64,000 bases of DNA from Prorocentrum cordatum (Eukaryota): assembly GCA_963575745.1 (NCBI GenBank), contig CAUYUJ010000167.1, forward strand, positions 1-64,000, written 5' to 3'. Shown piece after piece: positions 12,536-24,439 of this stretch. A program made the translations under genes and the position numbers. How positions within the stretch are numbered: the first letter of the stretch is position 1; each line of letters begins with the position of its first letter. A model generated the notes under the pieces. That model did not search any database. It saw only the letters and a list, made by a program, of their open reading frames with translations, and was not told the DNA's origin.

Positions 12536-14000
12536 TCAAGCGTTCTTCTTGCTCCTCCACATCTCGCTTGCCGACCTGTATGCGTCCTTTGCATCGTCGA
12601 GCGCCTGCTTCTCGGTGCGGCCGTTTGCCTTGGCCCACTTGAGCGCCCTTCCGCACCACCTGGAAGCGACCGCATTCTGCGTGCACTGGCCGCCACACGG
12701 TTCAAACACGATCTTGAAGGCACCGCCCTTGGACGCCCACGACGCTGCAGCGGGCTTCTTCAGGGCGGGCGCAACGCCCGTTGCAGCAGCGGGCCTCTTC
12801 TTGGCCGCCGCTGGCTTCTTTGCAACATCCGTTGCAGCAGCGGGCCTCTCCTTGGCTGTGCGTTTGCCCTTCGTCGCCAAAGCGTCGAACGCCTGCTTCT
12901 CGCGCGCCCCCTGCGCGACGCGATCCGCAGCCAACGCTGCGCCGGCAGCAGTGGGCGCTGCGTCACCCGCCGCAGGAGCTGCGTCACCATCAGCAGGAGC
13001 TGCTTCACCGTCGCCGAGTGGAAGTGCTGCGACCTTGGGCTCTGCAGCGCGAGCTGCATCTGCGGCTGGGGCTGCGCCTGCAACGATGCTCTTGCCTGGC
13101 TTGAACGACGCGGCTGGCGCGTGAGCAGAGCTAGCGCCCGATTGCCCTGCAGTGTACAAACCATGGATCTGAGCGGCCAGTTTATCCAAGTCAGAGTTGC
13201 CGCCCCAGCTCGAGTGCCAACCACCGTGCCGATCCTGCTGAAGCGGGGTAAAGTCAGACGACTGCCAACAGCCAGCCCGCTCTTTCTTGAGCAATATGTT
13301 GTTGTCGCGCAGCGGGATGTGCTTGCCTAGGAAGGCGTGCAAGTCGATGAACTTCTCGACGGGCGGGTCGTCATCATCATAAGCAGAAAGATGCGGGCAA
13401 ATCCGCAGGGCGCTCGGGATGCGTCGTAAGTGTCGACTTCGTGAATGGGGCCGATGTGTTTTTTTCATGTGGCCCACCAAATCGCGAAAGCTGTTGTAGA
13501 TGCTCTGGTAGCTAGGCCAAGACTTGGTGTTCCCATGCTCGCACCAAATCAATACTACCATTGCCCATTTCAAGCACTTATCGTGCGCTGGCTGTAAGAT
13601 CCCCAAACGATGCAACCGTGTTGCAAGGATGGCCATTTTCTTGGTCTCCGGCGCTCTGTAGTCCTCCAGGGCCATCCAATCTTTGCCCGTCAGGTAGTTG
13701 TATATGTGGGAAAGCGTCTGATCCCCAGCATCGCTGATGCTACTTGGGACCGCTGCAGCGATGTTGGCGACCTTGATATCGACTGCCGCCAGCACTGCGC
13801 GCTTCACGGAGGCTACCGTGCACTTCTTTTCAATCAACTCGGTGAGGACGATAGCATCTGGCGCTGAAAGCGCTGTGAATGATTGTATGCGAGTGCACAG
13901 GGATGCAGACAAGTTTTTCGGCAGCTCCTCGCTGTCGGGGCGCTTCGCCAACAAGTCCGAAAAGTCAGAAACGTCGCGCGTTATGTCCTCGATAGTCGGA
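12536..14000 (-). CDS. Uncharacterised accessory protein with an Ala/Lys-rich KKPAA/KRPAA region
   Basis: Long open frame with complex protein-like sequence (YNYLTGKDW, RLHRLGI); start codon uncertain. Confidence 0.7.
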
Positions 14001-14769
14001 CGCCGCGCGGTGCACCCTGAACCCCTGCAGCACCTGCAGCCCCTCGAGGCTTGATCCGAACACGGCCATGGAATGCCGATCGCAATTGACAAAGAGAAAA
14101 CATGAACGACTACATGGGTCGTCACAACTTGCGCAGGGCGCATCGCATGCATGACAGAGTGCAAATGGTAATGCGCAGATGGGATAACATCATGATGTCG
14201 GTTTAAGGCATCAATCTCATGTGCGTGCCAAGCCGATTGGCTGCGTGGATGCGTTTCCGTTCGGGGGGCTTGCGGGTCAGACTCGCAGCTGAACCTGGTT
14301 CGAACAGCGAGCGCGGGCCAGGGGCATGGCATCGGAAGCGCCGCAACTGGATCACAACGCGAGGCAACGAAACGCTGTGGCGGTGGAAGGCAATATTTGT
14401 CTAGCGCAGAAGCGCGCGGCTGGAACTCCGCGCTCGCTTGGCAAGATCGCTCGGCAAGATCCGTCTCATCGATCCTCCTCCGCCTCCTCCTCCTCCTCCT
14501 CCCCCTTCTCCTCCTCCCCCTCCCCCTCCTCCTCCCCCCCTCCCCCCCCCGTCCTGGCCGTGCTGCTCCTTCTCCTGATCCTCCTCCCCCTCCTCCTCCT
14601 CCTCCTCCTCGCCCCCGTCATCATCCCCCTAGAAAGACGGCGCCCCGCCTGGTGCGGGGCGCGCCCACCTCGCAGCGCGATGACCTTCCCGTGCGCCCCG
14701 CCCTCGTGCAACTGGCTGCGCAGGCACGACGTGCTCGCGAGGTCGGCGCAGTCATGACCTCTGGCATAT

Positions 14770-15064
14770 CATGAAGGCGCTGCAGCCGACCGAGCGACGT
14801 CGGCTTCGATTGCGTGGCGCAGGAGCGCGAGCCAGTCCACAGGCGCCTCACATCGACGAAGACCTGCTTCGCGTATTTGTTCTGCTCCGACTTGTTGGCC
14901 ACGCCCTCGACGAAGCGCTTGAGGCCGAGAGCCATCTCCTTCCATTCGTTGCGACTCTTCGTGAGGTCGCGGATCTTGGCCTTCATCTGCTCCTTCTCGC
15001 TCGGCCGCAGCGCCCGCGGCACATGCGGCGGCGCCGCCGCGTCAGCCCGCGCCTTCGGCGCCAT
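14770..15064 (-). CDS. Small basic helical/coiled-coil protein (MAPKARA...)
   Basis: ATG at 15064, GC3-rich codons; 3' end uncertain. Confidence 0.55.
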
Positions 15065-15102
15065 CGCGAAGGGGGCGCGAGGAGCTCCCCATCCCCACCC
15101 CG

Positions 15103-15232
15103 CGGGCGCGAATGCAGTGGACTGCAGCCCTTGCCGTCGGGCGCGAATGCAGTAGACTGCAGCCCTTGCCGTCGGGCGCTAATGCAGTAGACTGCAGACA
15201 TTGCCGTCGGGCGCGAACGCAGTGGGCTGCAG
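15103..15232. repeat. Tandem ~35-bp repeat, about 3.5 copies
   Basis: CGGGCGCGAATGCAGT(A/G)GACTGCAGCCCTTGCCGT repeated. Confidence 0.85.
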
Positions 15233-15480
15233 CCTTCGGGCGGTCAGAGGGAAGCAATGGGCAGCAACATGATGCACAATCTCAGGAACATCTGGCGAAT
15301 CGGAGAGCAGCGGGAGGCGATGCAACAAGCGTTGTAACGAGAATGAGGACTGCATCGGAGGGCGATGCAGTCTGTGGCGGAGGGAGCGAGGGCGGCTGGA
15401 GACAAGACGCACGAGGCGGAGGGAGATGTGGTTCACAGATCCACGGGCGGTCGATCATCCCGCTGGGATCGCGCGCGGCC

Positions 15481-15487
15481 TTTTATA
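15481..15487 (-). promoter_or_regulatory. Candidate TATA box (TATAAAA)
   Basis: GGCCTATAAAAGGCC on the minus strand in a GC-rich context, between the palindrome array and the ATG at 15064. Confidence 0.35.
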
Positions 15488-15602
15488 GGCCACGCGAATG
15501 TGTGGCAACCGCGCAGGCGGCAGCGCGTCATGGCGCTGCCCCAGAGCCTGCGCTCAGCCAAGTCTACCTCTTATGCTCTGCACGAGCCTGGGCGCAGAAC
15601 AA

Positions 15603-15796
15603 CACTTGAAAGTGTGAATACACTTTGAAGTCGGAGGCGGCGTCACTTCAAAGTGCGATCACACTTCGAAGCGCATATCCTGTTACTTCAAAGTGTGAAT
15701 ACACTTTGAAGTGAGGTTTCATCGCGCTTCAAAGTGTGATCACACTTCCAAGTGAGGCCGACCACACACTTCACAATGTGATCACACTTTGAAGTG
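15603..15796. repeat. Array of five 30-bp palindromes separated by 10-12-bp unique spacers
   Basis: Consensus CACTTCAAAGTGTGATCACACTTTGAAGTG starting at 15603, 15644, 15684, 15725 and 15767. Confidence 0.92.
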
Positions 15797-15920
15797 ACGT
15801 GGGCGCCGCCGCCGTGGTTCACCCACGGCCATTGTCAGCTGCGAAGCCGACGTGCCTCATAGCAGCGCCCCCATCACCTCATAGAGGAACGAGAGCGCCT
15901 CGGAGACGCCCACCAGCTTC

Positions 15921-17640
15921 TCAAAGTGGAAATCGGCCCGACTTGGGCTTTTCCTTGCCTTTGCCCTTGCCCTGGCCCTTCGAGTCGAAACGCTCGCGGG
16001 CCTCGGCCAAGGTGCGCTCGACCGTGTCGTAGTCGGCACTCTTGTAGGCCTCGATGGCCTTCTCGCCCTGGTCGGCGAACCAGCCGCTGCCCTTCTGGAT
16101 CTCGCCGCTGGCCATGGCCGCGATCACTGCGTCCCACCCTGCCCAGTCCTCGGCGGCGTACTTGTCCGCCAAGCGCATGGGCGTCGCCGGCCAGCCGCCG
16201 CGCACCTGCTCGCCGCTGACGGAGCCCTTGTTGCAGCGGCGGCCCATCGGCGCGGGCGCCGCGGGCGGCGGCGGGAGCGGCGGCGCGAGCGCCGAGGGCG
16301 GTGGCGTCGATGGCGGCTTCGGCTGCTTCTTCGCAGCAGGCCGCGCCCTGATGATGCCGCCCCCTGCAGCCGCCGCTGCATCAGGCGCAGCCGCAGGCGC
16401 AAGCGCTGCCGCAGCTGCGGCCTGCTCGTCGAGCATCTTCTCGAGAAACTCGGCGTAGTGCACGACCTCGAGGAAGTGCAGCGGCTCATCCGTGAGGCCC
16501 TCGGGCGACTCCTCCTCCTCCTCATCATCATCATCCCCTTCGTCGCCCTCCTCCTCATCCTCCTCCTCGTCCTCCTTCCCTTACAGCTCCCCATCCCTTC
16601 TTTGGCCGCCCGAGATTCGGTTTGGCGGCTCCCCCCCCCCCTCTTCGGTTTGACGGTTGCCCCCCCCCCCCCGCCCCTCTTTGTCGCCAGCCCTCCGCCG
16701 AGCCAGCGTGCGTTTGTGATCCCACTGCCCCCTTTTCCCGCGGGCGGAAGGCCGTCGCGCGTGGAAAAACACACCGAACGCGCCAGAACGCGATCTCACA
16801 AAATACGAAAAACAACGTGTTGTTTGCATGGCCCGTTTTGGTCGGCAATGGTATGTTTTTCCACGCGCGACGGCCTCCCGCCCGTGGGAAAGGGGGCAGC
16901 GGGGTCACAAACGCATCTGCCCTGAAGCAGGAAGGGGAGAGGAGGGAGGAAAGACAAGGGCATGAGGAGGGAGGAGGAAGCTGGACGAGGCTGAAGGAAA
17001 AAAGATGAAGAGGGGAGGCATGAGAAAGAGGAGGAGGAGGAGGAGGCGGAGGAGTAGGAGGGGGGGCGATAGCCCATCGAGCCCTATATGGGCCCAGTCG
17101 TCCCCATGGGCCGTCGTAGGCCAACCGCTGTTGCAGGCGCACTGCAAAATTCAATCTCCCCCACCCCTTCCCCCGCCCGCCCCCTGGCCTTGACGAGCTC
17201 GGTCGGCCACGTCGTCTGGTCGCCGATCCCGCTGGCGTACACGCAGCCGTCGGGGTAGTACAAGATCGAACCCACGTCCAACGTGCTGGAGACCACCCAG
17301 CGCGAGAAGGTGTGCTCCTCGTCCGCATGCACAATGTACACCAAGAAGAGCTCGCTGGTGTTGGCCCCGTCGGGCGCGCCAGGCTCCTGCCGATAGATCG
17401 GCGAGCCGTTCACGTAACCCACCTTGTAGTACACGCCCTGCAGGCACTGCACCAGGCCGTCGTTGGCGTCCTCGTTGCTGCCCTGCAACCTCCTGAACGC
17501 GAGGCTGTCCGCGAACTTGGCCACGCGCTCGCCCTTGCGCGCCTCCGTCGCGGTGAGCAGCATCTGGAAGTCCATGCTGCGCGGCCGCGACGGCTTGGCA
17601 CGCTTGGCAGCCTTGGCGTCGTCCTCGGCGGAGGCCGACC
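15921..17640 (-). CDS. Uncharacterised spliced accessory gene (exons ~17640-17190 and ~16500-15921)
   Basis: Two GC3-rich frames (LQGVYYKVGYVNGSPIYRQ; RGGW...KGSGWF) separated by a low-complexity intron. Confidence 0.6.
16709..16915. mobile_element. MITE-like hairpin with ~66-bp inverted arms, located in an intron
   Basis: 16709-16775 is the approximate reverse complement of 16850-16915. Confidence 0.75.
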
Positions 17641-18361
17641 AAAAAAAGAAACAATCCGGTAGGTTGGGGCGTGCAAGCCCCCTCCACGAGGCCCATCGGG
17701 GCCTGATTTTGCAGTGGGAGCTGCAACGATGGCGCGCCCAGCGCGCCACCGTCTGTGCAGTCCACGCTCGCGCTGCCTCGTCGTGGGCCGCGATCGGCGC
17801 ACGACGAATCAGCGTAAGCTTGGCGAAGACGGACGGGTTGATAAATTCTACCGTGTGCAATCTCCTGGGCGTCGCCCTGCTGGCCAGCATCAGCTGCTGG
17901 TGGCGCTGGCCCTGCCAGGAGCTCGCGCGCAGCCGGCATGGCGTCGAGCGCCCGAACGCGGGGCCGCGCCTGAAGCCCTCGAGGGGCTCGCGGGGGCCTC
18001 GGCAGGCCCCTGAAGCCTTCGAGGGGGCCGCGGGTGCCTCGAGGGGCTCGCGGGGGCCTCGGCAGGCCCGCGGCGCCGCAGGCTGGTGCAGCTATAGCCG
18101 CGAAAGGCTGGGACACAAACGGCAATGCGGCGAGGGTGCACTCAAGGAGGAGGTGGAGGTTCTGCAAGCAGATTAATGGCCAAGCTTGGCAAACATGCGG
18201 TGAGCGTATCTGACACTGCAAATGTCGAGCAACGTATCGCTGAAGACAGGCATGCGCAAAACAACGGAGCAACGCTGCATACCTCTGTGCATTTTATTTA
18301 TATGCGAACAATTGCTGGTGCGCGCTGGCAGGTGCCGATGTGAAACATTGGCCGCGTGATC

Positions 18362-19045
18362 CTAACAATCGCGACTTGGAGCATCTGCGCGGTCACGTGC
18401 ATCGCTATCGTTGACCTCGTGATCACTCTTGTCCTGCAGCGCGCTGGCATCCTCATCCTCATCGTCGGCGCCGTCCCTCTTGTAATTCGACCTCTTTGAT
18501 GTGACGGTGGCGGTCGTGACGCCGTGCGCGAAGATGTATTGCACGAGCGTGCAGATGGAGTCGTCGGAAGCGTTGACCCACATGTGGTCGGTGCCCCTGA
18601 CTGGGGGCAGCATCTTGACCGATGGGAAGGACGCGTCGCCGACTGAGGGCAATTCGACGTCCATCACCATGGGCGGCCCCTCTTTCTGGGCCCTGATCTT
18701 TTGGCGTGATTTACGCTTTGGCTTGGGCCTCCGCTTCGGACTGCTCCTCTGAGCAAAGAGGCGCCGCGGGGGGTTGCGCATAGGTGCAGCATCTTCACGA
18801 AGGAGGTCGTTCCTCGCAGCAAGAAGTGCTTTGTACCCAGGAGCGTTGGCGAGAGATGGCCTGGCCGTCGACTTGGGGCATTCCTCCCCAGAGCAGAGCA
18901 ACAAATATTTGATCAAACTGTCATCGTATGGGTGCACCATGGCGTACACGTCGTCGCTGCATTTCTGAACAGCCCTGGGGGCCCACATGTGATCGCCAGC
19001 ATTGACCTCAAGCCTCCAAGCAACCGAACATTCCAGCGTGGCCAT
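18362..19045 (-). CDS. Uncharacterised 227-aa accessory protein
   Basis: Intact ORF with a basic NLS-like patch (PKRRPKPKRKSR) and an acidic tail. Confidence 0.65.
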   Translation of the reverse strand: MATLECSVAWRLEVNAGDHMWAPRAVQKCSDDVYAMVHPYDDSLIKYLLLCSGEECPKSTARPSLANAPGYKALLAARNDLLREDAAPMRNPPRRLFAQRSSPKRRPKPKRKSRQKIRAQKEGPPMVMDVELPSVGDASFPSVKMLPPVRGTDHMWVNASDDSICTLVQYIFAHGVTTATVTSKRSNYKRDGADDEDEDASALQDKSDHEVNDSDARDRADAPSRDC

Positions 19046-19575
19046 GCGCCACGGCCCACGAACACAACGCGCGCAGCGCTCGAGGCAAAACGCCTGACAA
19101 GCGGGCCATCAATGGACGGTGCGCATGGCACGCGCGTGAGGAGTCGAACGCGCGAAAGAGAGGATGGCACGATCAAGACAGATGTTGGGAGGGGAGAGAG
19201 TGACGGAACAACGCATTGATCGAGATGGAGAGATATGGAAAGACGGAGAGACATTATAGTTGCAGGTGTAACATTGAGCATGTGTGTTTTCGCATATCCC
19301 TCGTTATGGCTCCACCCGCGCCTCTCCCGCAAACGACAGCATGCATGAGTGCTGCGGAGAGGGGTCGGTGGTGTGCCCTTGAAACACAACTGGGCGACAT
19401 CTCAAATGTGAAAGCGTTGCATGTGTATGCAGTGTGCGTCGCATGGCGCTTTTAACCTGCGCCATTCGCACACCGTGCGGGGCGCGTTGCGCTGCAGCGC
19501 AATCAAACAGAGAGCGAATGGTGGTCGCACTAAATCGATGGAATTGGCAACTGCCCGTCGCCATTTAGGGAAGAC

Positions 19576-20110
19576 CTAGCTCTTCTTGTCCCTAGCCTTG
19601 CCCTTAGGCTTGGCATCCCCCTCCGAGAGCTTGACCCTCTTTGCAGACTGCAAAGGCGCATGGTGCTCCTTGGCTTTATAAACGAGCAATTTGTCGAACT
19701 GCTGCAAGGTCTTGGTCTTCTTGTAAGCTTTGAAACTGATATGGACGGTGCTCTGTTGAACGAGGGCCACGTTGGCAAGGTCATCTTTGTCCGTCTCCCG
19801 AACCCACCAATAAGGAATGAAGAAGACGTCTTCTGATTCGGCCTTCTGCTGATCGGTCGCCCTCGTCGGGGGCGATACGTGCAGCACTGCGGACCCGCAC
19901 TTGACCTGGACCGCGCCCTGCGACGGCTCTGCCTTGATCTTGTTCAGCTCAGAGAACGGGGCAAGGACGAGCTTGCCCTTCTCGATCTTCTGGGCAGCAA
20001 CGACGACGCTGGGGGTAAGGCCGTATTGCAACATCGTGCCACCATTGGCAATCAATTCGAAATCTTTGAGGGCTTTGAACACCAAGAACAGCCCAAAAGA
20101 GCTGCAATAA
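19576..20110 (-). pseudogene. C-terminal fragment of a protein with a possible degenerate SET-like fold; 5' part missing
   Basis: PYWWV...DDLANV...KKTKTLQQFDKLLVY loosely resembles the SET C-terminal N...I..GEEL motif. Confidence 0.4.
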
Positions 20111-20293
20111 CCGTCCCGAGAGAGCCCAAAGAGGGTAAAATCGTTGATTTTCAATCGTTTTTCTATGTTTTCCGCCTTCTCACGGCTTCCCGCTTCCAGC
20201 CCTCAAAGATCGAGGATTTGGGAAAAAGAAAGGGGATTCCAACAGTTCATTTTTTTCATAAACAATGGAACTCCTATTCGGGGGTCCTACATG

Positions 20294-20520
20294 CCCAGAT
20301 CATGCGCGACCGATTTTTTTCGGTAGCGAAATGAAAGACCGGTAACGACGTCGCTACAGAAAAATTCGGTAACGAGCGGTCGCGACCGAAAACGCCGTTA
20401 CCGAAAAAATCGGTAACGGTCGGTAACGCCGTTACCGGTTTTTCCGGGCCCTCAATCTGACGAATTGAATTTGTCAGACCTGACGTTGCCGACCGTTACC
20501 GACCGTTACCGACCGTCGAT
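20294..20520. repeat. Left TIR and subterminal repeats of element 2
   Basis: CCCAGATCATGCGCGACCGATTTTTTTCGGTAGCGAAA followed by multiple CGGTAAC/GTTACCG motifs. Confidence 0.92.
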
Positions 20521-20924
20521 TACAATGATGAGGTTGTTGGTGACGATGGTGATGTTGATGATGATGATGGTGATGATGATAATGATAGTAACGATGGTGA
20601 TGTGTATGACATGTCTGACGATGCTGATGATGCTAATAAGTATGATGAGGATGAGGATGATGATGATGGCGATTACGACGATGATGACGATGGTGATGAT
20701 GACGACGATGGTGTTTTTTGATGATGATGGGCATGCATGGGGTGATGATGGTAGTGATAATTATGAAGGTGACGCTGGCGATGGTGTTGGCGATGATGAT
20801 GATGATGATGATGATGATGGTTTTGGTGATGATGATGATGATGATGAAGGTGATTGTGGTGATGATGATGATGAGGATGAGGATGATAATGATGATGATG
20901 AAAGTGCTGCTGATGATGATGATA

Positions 20925-20972
<48 letters not shown>

Positions 20973-21516
20973 TGAAGGTGATGGAGATATCCGATATTAT
21001 AATACCACTCAGAACAGCATTGCCTCAGCCTTTTTTACAGTCGCTGCATGGGCGCTCTTTCCGTTTCGTCTCGCATTCCTTATTTCGGAATTTTCAGAGA
21101 ATGAAGAGATGTGTTAATGCGTACACGTGCACATGTACTAATACATGCAGGGAATACATCAATTGACACACAGTGGTGCAACGGGCGAGACCAACGTGAA
21201 CACGGTGGTGAAACCAGATGGTGAAACGCGGAAGAGAGGAGGATGACTAGGCTGATGTTTTTGATGATGCTGATTATGATGTCATGACGGCGGTCATGGT
21301 CATGCCGATGACAATGACGGTTACAACTACGACGACAGCAACGACGATGATGACGATGATGTTGATGCTAATGGTGTTGGGGATGACACCTAGTGGTTAT
21401 CATGGTGATACCGACACCATGGTGATGCCCATACCATGACGTTGATCATGGCGATGACGCGGGCGACGGCGATGATGATGAGGATGATGTCAGACCGACA
21501 CCATACATGACGCAAG

Positions 21517-21675
21517 ACCTGACGTCAGACCAGTGTCGGGCCTGATGTCAGACCTGACGTCAGATCTGACGTCAGACCTGACGTCAGATCTGGTGTCAGA
21601 CCTGACGTCAGACCTGACGTCAGACCGAACGTCAGACCGAACGTCAGACGGGACGCCCTTCCTGACGTCAGACGT
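21517..21675. repeat. Array of palindromic CTGACGTCAG motifs, 12-bp period
   Basis: GACCTGACGTCA repeated about 10 times. Confidence 0.9.
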
Positions 21676-22023
21676 TATGTCAGCGATCCTGATTGTGATG
21701 ACATTGACGATGATGATTACGATGGTGGTGATGCTGATGATTACGACGGTGATGATGAGGATGACGATTTAGATACTGATGTTGATGACGATGATGATGC
21801 TGATAATGACGACGGTGATGATGAAGTTGACGATGATGATCCTGATGGTGACGATCCTGATGACGGTGAAGATGATGATGATATTGATGAGGAGGATGAT
21901 GATGATTCCGATTGTGCCCATGATGCTGACGATGTTGATGTTGGCGATGATGCTGATGATGACGACGATGATGATGATGGCGATATCGACGATAATGATG
22001 ATGGCGATGATGGCGATGATGAC

Positions 22024-22055
<32 letters not shown>

Positions 22056-22779
22056 GTATGCTGATGATGATGATGTCGACGAGGATGATGGCGATACTGA
22101 TGATGATGATATTGGTGATGTCGACGAGGCTGATTGCGATACTGATGATGACGGTGTTGGTGATGATGCTCATGATCATACTGATACGCATGATGATGCT
22201 CATGGAGATGGCGATGAGGAGGAGGCGGCTGGCGGTGATGACGATGACGATGATGAGGATGATGATGTCCTTGATGATGTTGATGCTGATGCTGATGATG
22301 ATGTCGACGATGGTGAGTGTGATGATGTTGATGATGATGCTGATGGCGATGATGATGATACTGATGGTGATGATGATGATGATGATGATGTCCTTGATGA
22401 TGTTGATGCTGCTGCTGATGATGATGATGTCGACGATGGTGAGTGTGATGATGTTGATGATGATGCTGATGGCGATGATGCTGATACTGATGGTGATGGT
22501 GATGATGATGACGCTGATGCGGATGATGGGGCGGACGAGGGGGGATGGGGGAGGAGGGCGAGGACGGGGGGACGAGGGGTGAAGGGGGAGGGGGAGGATG
22601 AGGAGGAGGAGGAGGAAGAAGAGGAGGACGAGGAGGAGGAGGAGGAGGAGGAGGAGGAGGAGGAGGAGGAGGGGGAGGAGGGTGGTGAGGATGCGTTGGT
22701 GCGTGCCGCCGCCTTCGGGGATGCGTCCTGCCCGACGACCCGTGCCCGATCATCAGCATCAGCAACATCATCAGATCAG

Positions 22780-22817
<38 letters not shown>

Positions 22818-22818
22818 G

Positions 22819-22851
<33 letters not shown>

Positions 22852-24439
22852 GATCGTCATCGTCACCATCGTCATCATCACCATCGTCATCATCATCGTC
22901 ATTCGCATCAGCAGCATCAGCATCAACATCACCATCATCATCATCGTCACCAACACCGCCAGCATACTCATAAGATGTTTCATCATCGCCCTTATCATCA
23001 TCCGCATCGTTGTCAGTTTCGTCATCACCAACAGCATCAGTATCATCAGCATCATCACTATCACCATCACCACCATCAGCAGCACCATCATCACCATCAG
23101 CAACAGCAGCATCGTCACCACCACCACCGCATCCCACCTGCTCCTCGGTATCTTCACCTTCTCCTCATCGTCACCCCCCGTCTCATCCGCATCCTCCTCG
23201 TCTTCCTCGTCCTCCGCCTCCTTCTCATCCTCCTCCTTCTCCTCCTCCCCCTCTCCCTGGTCGTCATTCCTCCACGCGCCTTTTCTTGCGCGTCGCCTGC
23301 GCCGTCTCGCGGCGCTGTTTCATTCGCCGATTGGCGCAGCTGCGCACCCGCGAAGCGGTGGAGGACGGGCGAGGATGGCGAGGCGGTTCTTGACCCACGA
23401 TCCGAACAGTGGCGGACGATGTGCGGAATGGGTGGGGGGTGGGGCCGATGGGAGGGGGCGGGCGGGGTGAGGGTACGATGGGCGAGGGATGGGGGTTGGA
23501 GGATGGGGAAGATAGGAGGGTAATTGGAGGGCGATGTGACATCATTGTCGACGCGTGGACGAGGGAGTGCGACTGCACAGTGGAAGCCCGACCACAAGAA
23601 ACCTTCCGCAAGGATCGCAACCTTGGGGCCCCAGGGCGCACATTGCTTTTTGATGCGAGAACGTCTAGCCTTCCACCGCGAAACCGTCGACACCCAAGAA
23701 ACCCAGTGCACACTGGCGGAAAACATTATGTTTCTTGGCGTTGGCCCCCCACTGTAACGTGCCAGCTCGCAGCCCGCAGCGGAAGGCAGAGCGCCAGACC
23801 TTCATTCCCTCATCCGCCCGTCGTTCCCTTCCCCCCCCAGACATCCCCATATCCAATCTCCTCCCGCGCCCCCCTCCCAGGCCGTCCCCCCTCCCCTCCC
23901 ACGCCCATCCGCGTGCCAGGGGAAGCGACACTCGTCCCTCACATTTCTTCCCGTCCATCACTGCTTGTCCGACCCCAATCCTCCTCATCCCCCTCCCATC
24001 GGGCGTGCCGCGGGCATTCCGCCAGCCATCTAGTCGTGACAGCACCGTGTGAACTCGAGGTCCGCCACCCGACATGGGGCGCGCGTGGGCGCTCTGTCTC
24101 CCCGTGCCCCCAGAGCGAGGGAAGGGGGCAGGGGAACAGCCACGGGAGGGGCCGTGCGATGGAGGAGAGGGGGGGGAGGGGCAGATGACGAAGGAAACGG
24201 GATGAGCAAGGGGGGGGGAGGTGAGTGGGGCACCCTAATCTTCACCCCTCCGCCTCCCCCATATCCTCCCTCGCCTCTGGCTTTCCACTTCTCATCCTCC
24301 TCCGCCTCCCTGTTCTCGCACCCCACTTCCCTATGCCCATCAGCACCACCATCATCACCCACAGTACCATCATCATCAGCATCATCATCATCATCATCAT
24401 CATCATCCTCATCATCATCATCACCACTACCATATGGGG

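Larger units (their letters stand above)
8942..20110 (-). mobile_element. CACTA/EnSpm-like DNA transposon with accessory genes (element 1); only one terminus found
   Basis: CACTG at 8942 exactly where the RT stops, short GCAAGT-type subterminal repeats at ~8984-9046, a CMC-type transposase and co-oriented ORFs. Confidence 0.7.

Noticed and set aside
15603..15796. CRISPR array
   Set aside because: Spacers are only 10-12 bp, there are no cas genes, and the context is eukaryotic.
21165..21175. CACAGTG as the partner terminus of element 1
   Set aside because: The match is only about 7 bp and lies inside element 2.
20520..23200. Long poly-Met/Asp/His/Ile ORFs here and in the other GAT tracts
   Set aside because: They are translation artefacts of (GAT)n microsatellites.
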